A stretch of 64,000 bases of DNA from positions 3,840,001 to 3,904,000 of the forward strand of contig OZ241869.1 in assembly GCA_965202805.1 (NCBI GenBank). The letters run 5' to 3'. Under the pieces are notes generated by a model. It saw only the letters and a program-made list of their open reading frames with translations, did no database searches and was not told the DNA's origin. Made by a program: the position numbers and the translations under genes. Positions 63,010 to 64,000 of the stretch are shown here, in pieces. Source of the DNA: Longimicrobiales bacterium. GTDB taxonomy: Bacteria > Gemmatimonadota > Gemmatimonadetes > Longimicrobiales > Gaopeijiaceae. The first letter of the stretch is position 1, and each line of letters begins with the position of its first letter.

Positions 63010-63068
63010 TGCTTTCGCCCTCCGCGATCGGGACAAGGTGCATTTGCACAGTTAACGACGTGGATATG

Positions 63069-63096
63069 AACCTATCCTCGGTTTCTTCCTTGTCAA
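63069..63096 (-). promoter_or_regulatory. sigma70 promoter of the xre-res operon
   Basis: TTGACA-N16-TAGGTT on the minus strand; near-palindrome GTGCATTTGCAC at 63038-63049 just downstream. Confidence 0.6.
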
Positions 63097-63251
63097 CGGC
63101 AGGACTCCGCACGGACGCCGTGTCCACGGCGCACTGCGGCGGGAATGTCGGATACGCCTGTGAGCCGTTCCTTGCGCGGCGACAACGCCCGGAGGAATGT
63201 TGGCGGATGGCGGTCTTTCGCCAGGCTTCGAGAATGAGGAGAAGAGGTACC

Positions 63252-64000
63252 ATGAGAAGCATCGCAGTCGTCGGTTCGGTCGTGTTCGTTGCCCTGTCCC
63301 CCCTCTCCTGCGCCGACGCCGACGCCGGCTCCTCCGCCGGTGCCGCCGCCACGGCGGAAGCCCCGGACGGCCCGCCCCTCTACTACCTCCTCAGCGGCCC
63401 CGCCAAGCGCTACTGCTCCGGCATCTGGGTCTCGGAGCGCGATCGCACCGAAGCGCTCTACGGCAGCGTGCTCCACACCGAGGAGCAGGTACACGACTAC
63501 GAAAGCGGCAGCCTCGCCATCGACATCGACGAAGACCGGCGCATCGTCACCGTGTCGCAGGACGGGGTGTCGGCCCGCGCCCGGCACTTCGGCGACCAGG
63601 GCTGCGTGATCCTCCCACCCGACACCGACGGTGTCTTCTTCACGCCCCGCGAAGTCGTGAGCGCGCTGCCGGACGCCGAGAGCACCCCCTGGCCCATGGG
63701 CGACATGCTCCCGGACGAGCCTCTGCCGGAGGGCATCGACGCGGAGTTGCTCGACCAGGCCGCCCGGACCTTCTTCACCGAGGGCGACAACCGCGCCGCC
63801 TTCCTGGTCGTCCACCGCGGCCGCGTCCTGGCCGAGGACTACGGCCCCGGCATCCACAAGGACACGCAGCTCGAGAGCTGGTCGATGGCGAAGAGCATGA
63901 CCGCCACCCTGATCGGCCGCCTCGTCCAGATGGGCCATCTGGAGATCTGGCAGCCCGCCCCCGTGCCCGAGTGGCAGAACTCCCCCGGCGACCCGCGCGC
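63252..64000 (+). CDS. Serine hydrolase (beta-lactamase family) probable lipoprotein, 3'-partial; not in the ORF track
   Basis: MRSIAVVG..LSC, AKRYCSGIWVS, SWSMAKS (SxxK); frame runs off the window end. Confidence 0.85.
   Translation, partial: MRSIAVVGSVVFVALSPLSCADADAGSSAGAAATAEAPDGPPLYYLLSGPAKRYCSGIWVSERDRTEALYGSVLHTEEQVHDYESGSLAIDIDEDRRIVTVSQDGVSARARHFGDQGCVILPPDTDGVFFTPREVVSALPDAESTPWPMGDMLPDEPLPEGIDAELLDQAARTFFTEGDNRAAFLVVHRGRVLAEDYGPGIHKDTQLESWSMAKSMTATLIGRLVQMGHLEIWQPAPVPEWQNSPGDPR

Noticed and set aside
63252..64000. Beta-lactamase resistance gene
   Set aside because: SxxK alone marks a broad serine hydrolase family, and the gene is truncated by the window edge

Overview
GC-rich bacterial chromosome segment. 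Gene order and content suggest Gemmatimonadota (inference from synteny; no search was run). Positions ~1-48.8 kb are almost all + strand housekeeping genes: ino1, tmk, ctpA, class 3 asparaginase, obgE, dprA, hemW-hrcA-dnaJ-prmA, mutS2-dnaG-Zn ribbon-recJ-rsmD-coaD, a STAS/anti-sigma kinase/PP2C partner-switching module, rsmA, a DEDDh exonuclease, thiolase-bioY-hbd-ACAD-leucine dehydrogenase-glyA, nnr-thiL-plsC-eno-ftsB, a CAT-anticodon tRNA and tilS-hpt-ftsH-cdaA. Positions ~48.9-64 kb are an accessory region dominated by exported enzymes (cyclic amidohydrolase, GGT-like, amidase, NHL/PAL-like propeller, CapA-like, serine hydrolase) plus an Xre-RES toxin-antitoxin pair. No CRISPR array, integrase, transposase or prophage gene was seen. 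Best leads: tandem NrdR-like boxes upstream of tmk, a cluster of exported C-N hydrolases, a degenerate half-site acyl-CoA dehydrogenase, an orphan MerR-like palindrome, a 33-aa membrane microprotein missing from the ORF track, and a divergent GWxTD-like protein. None of these is a proven new system. Start codons were re-picked by eye where the ORF track over-extends.
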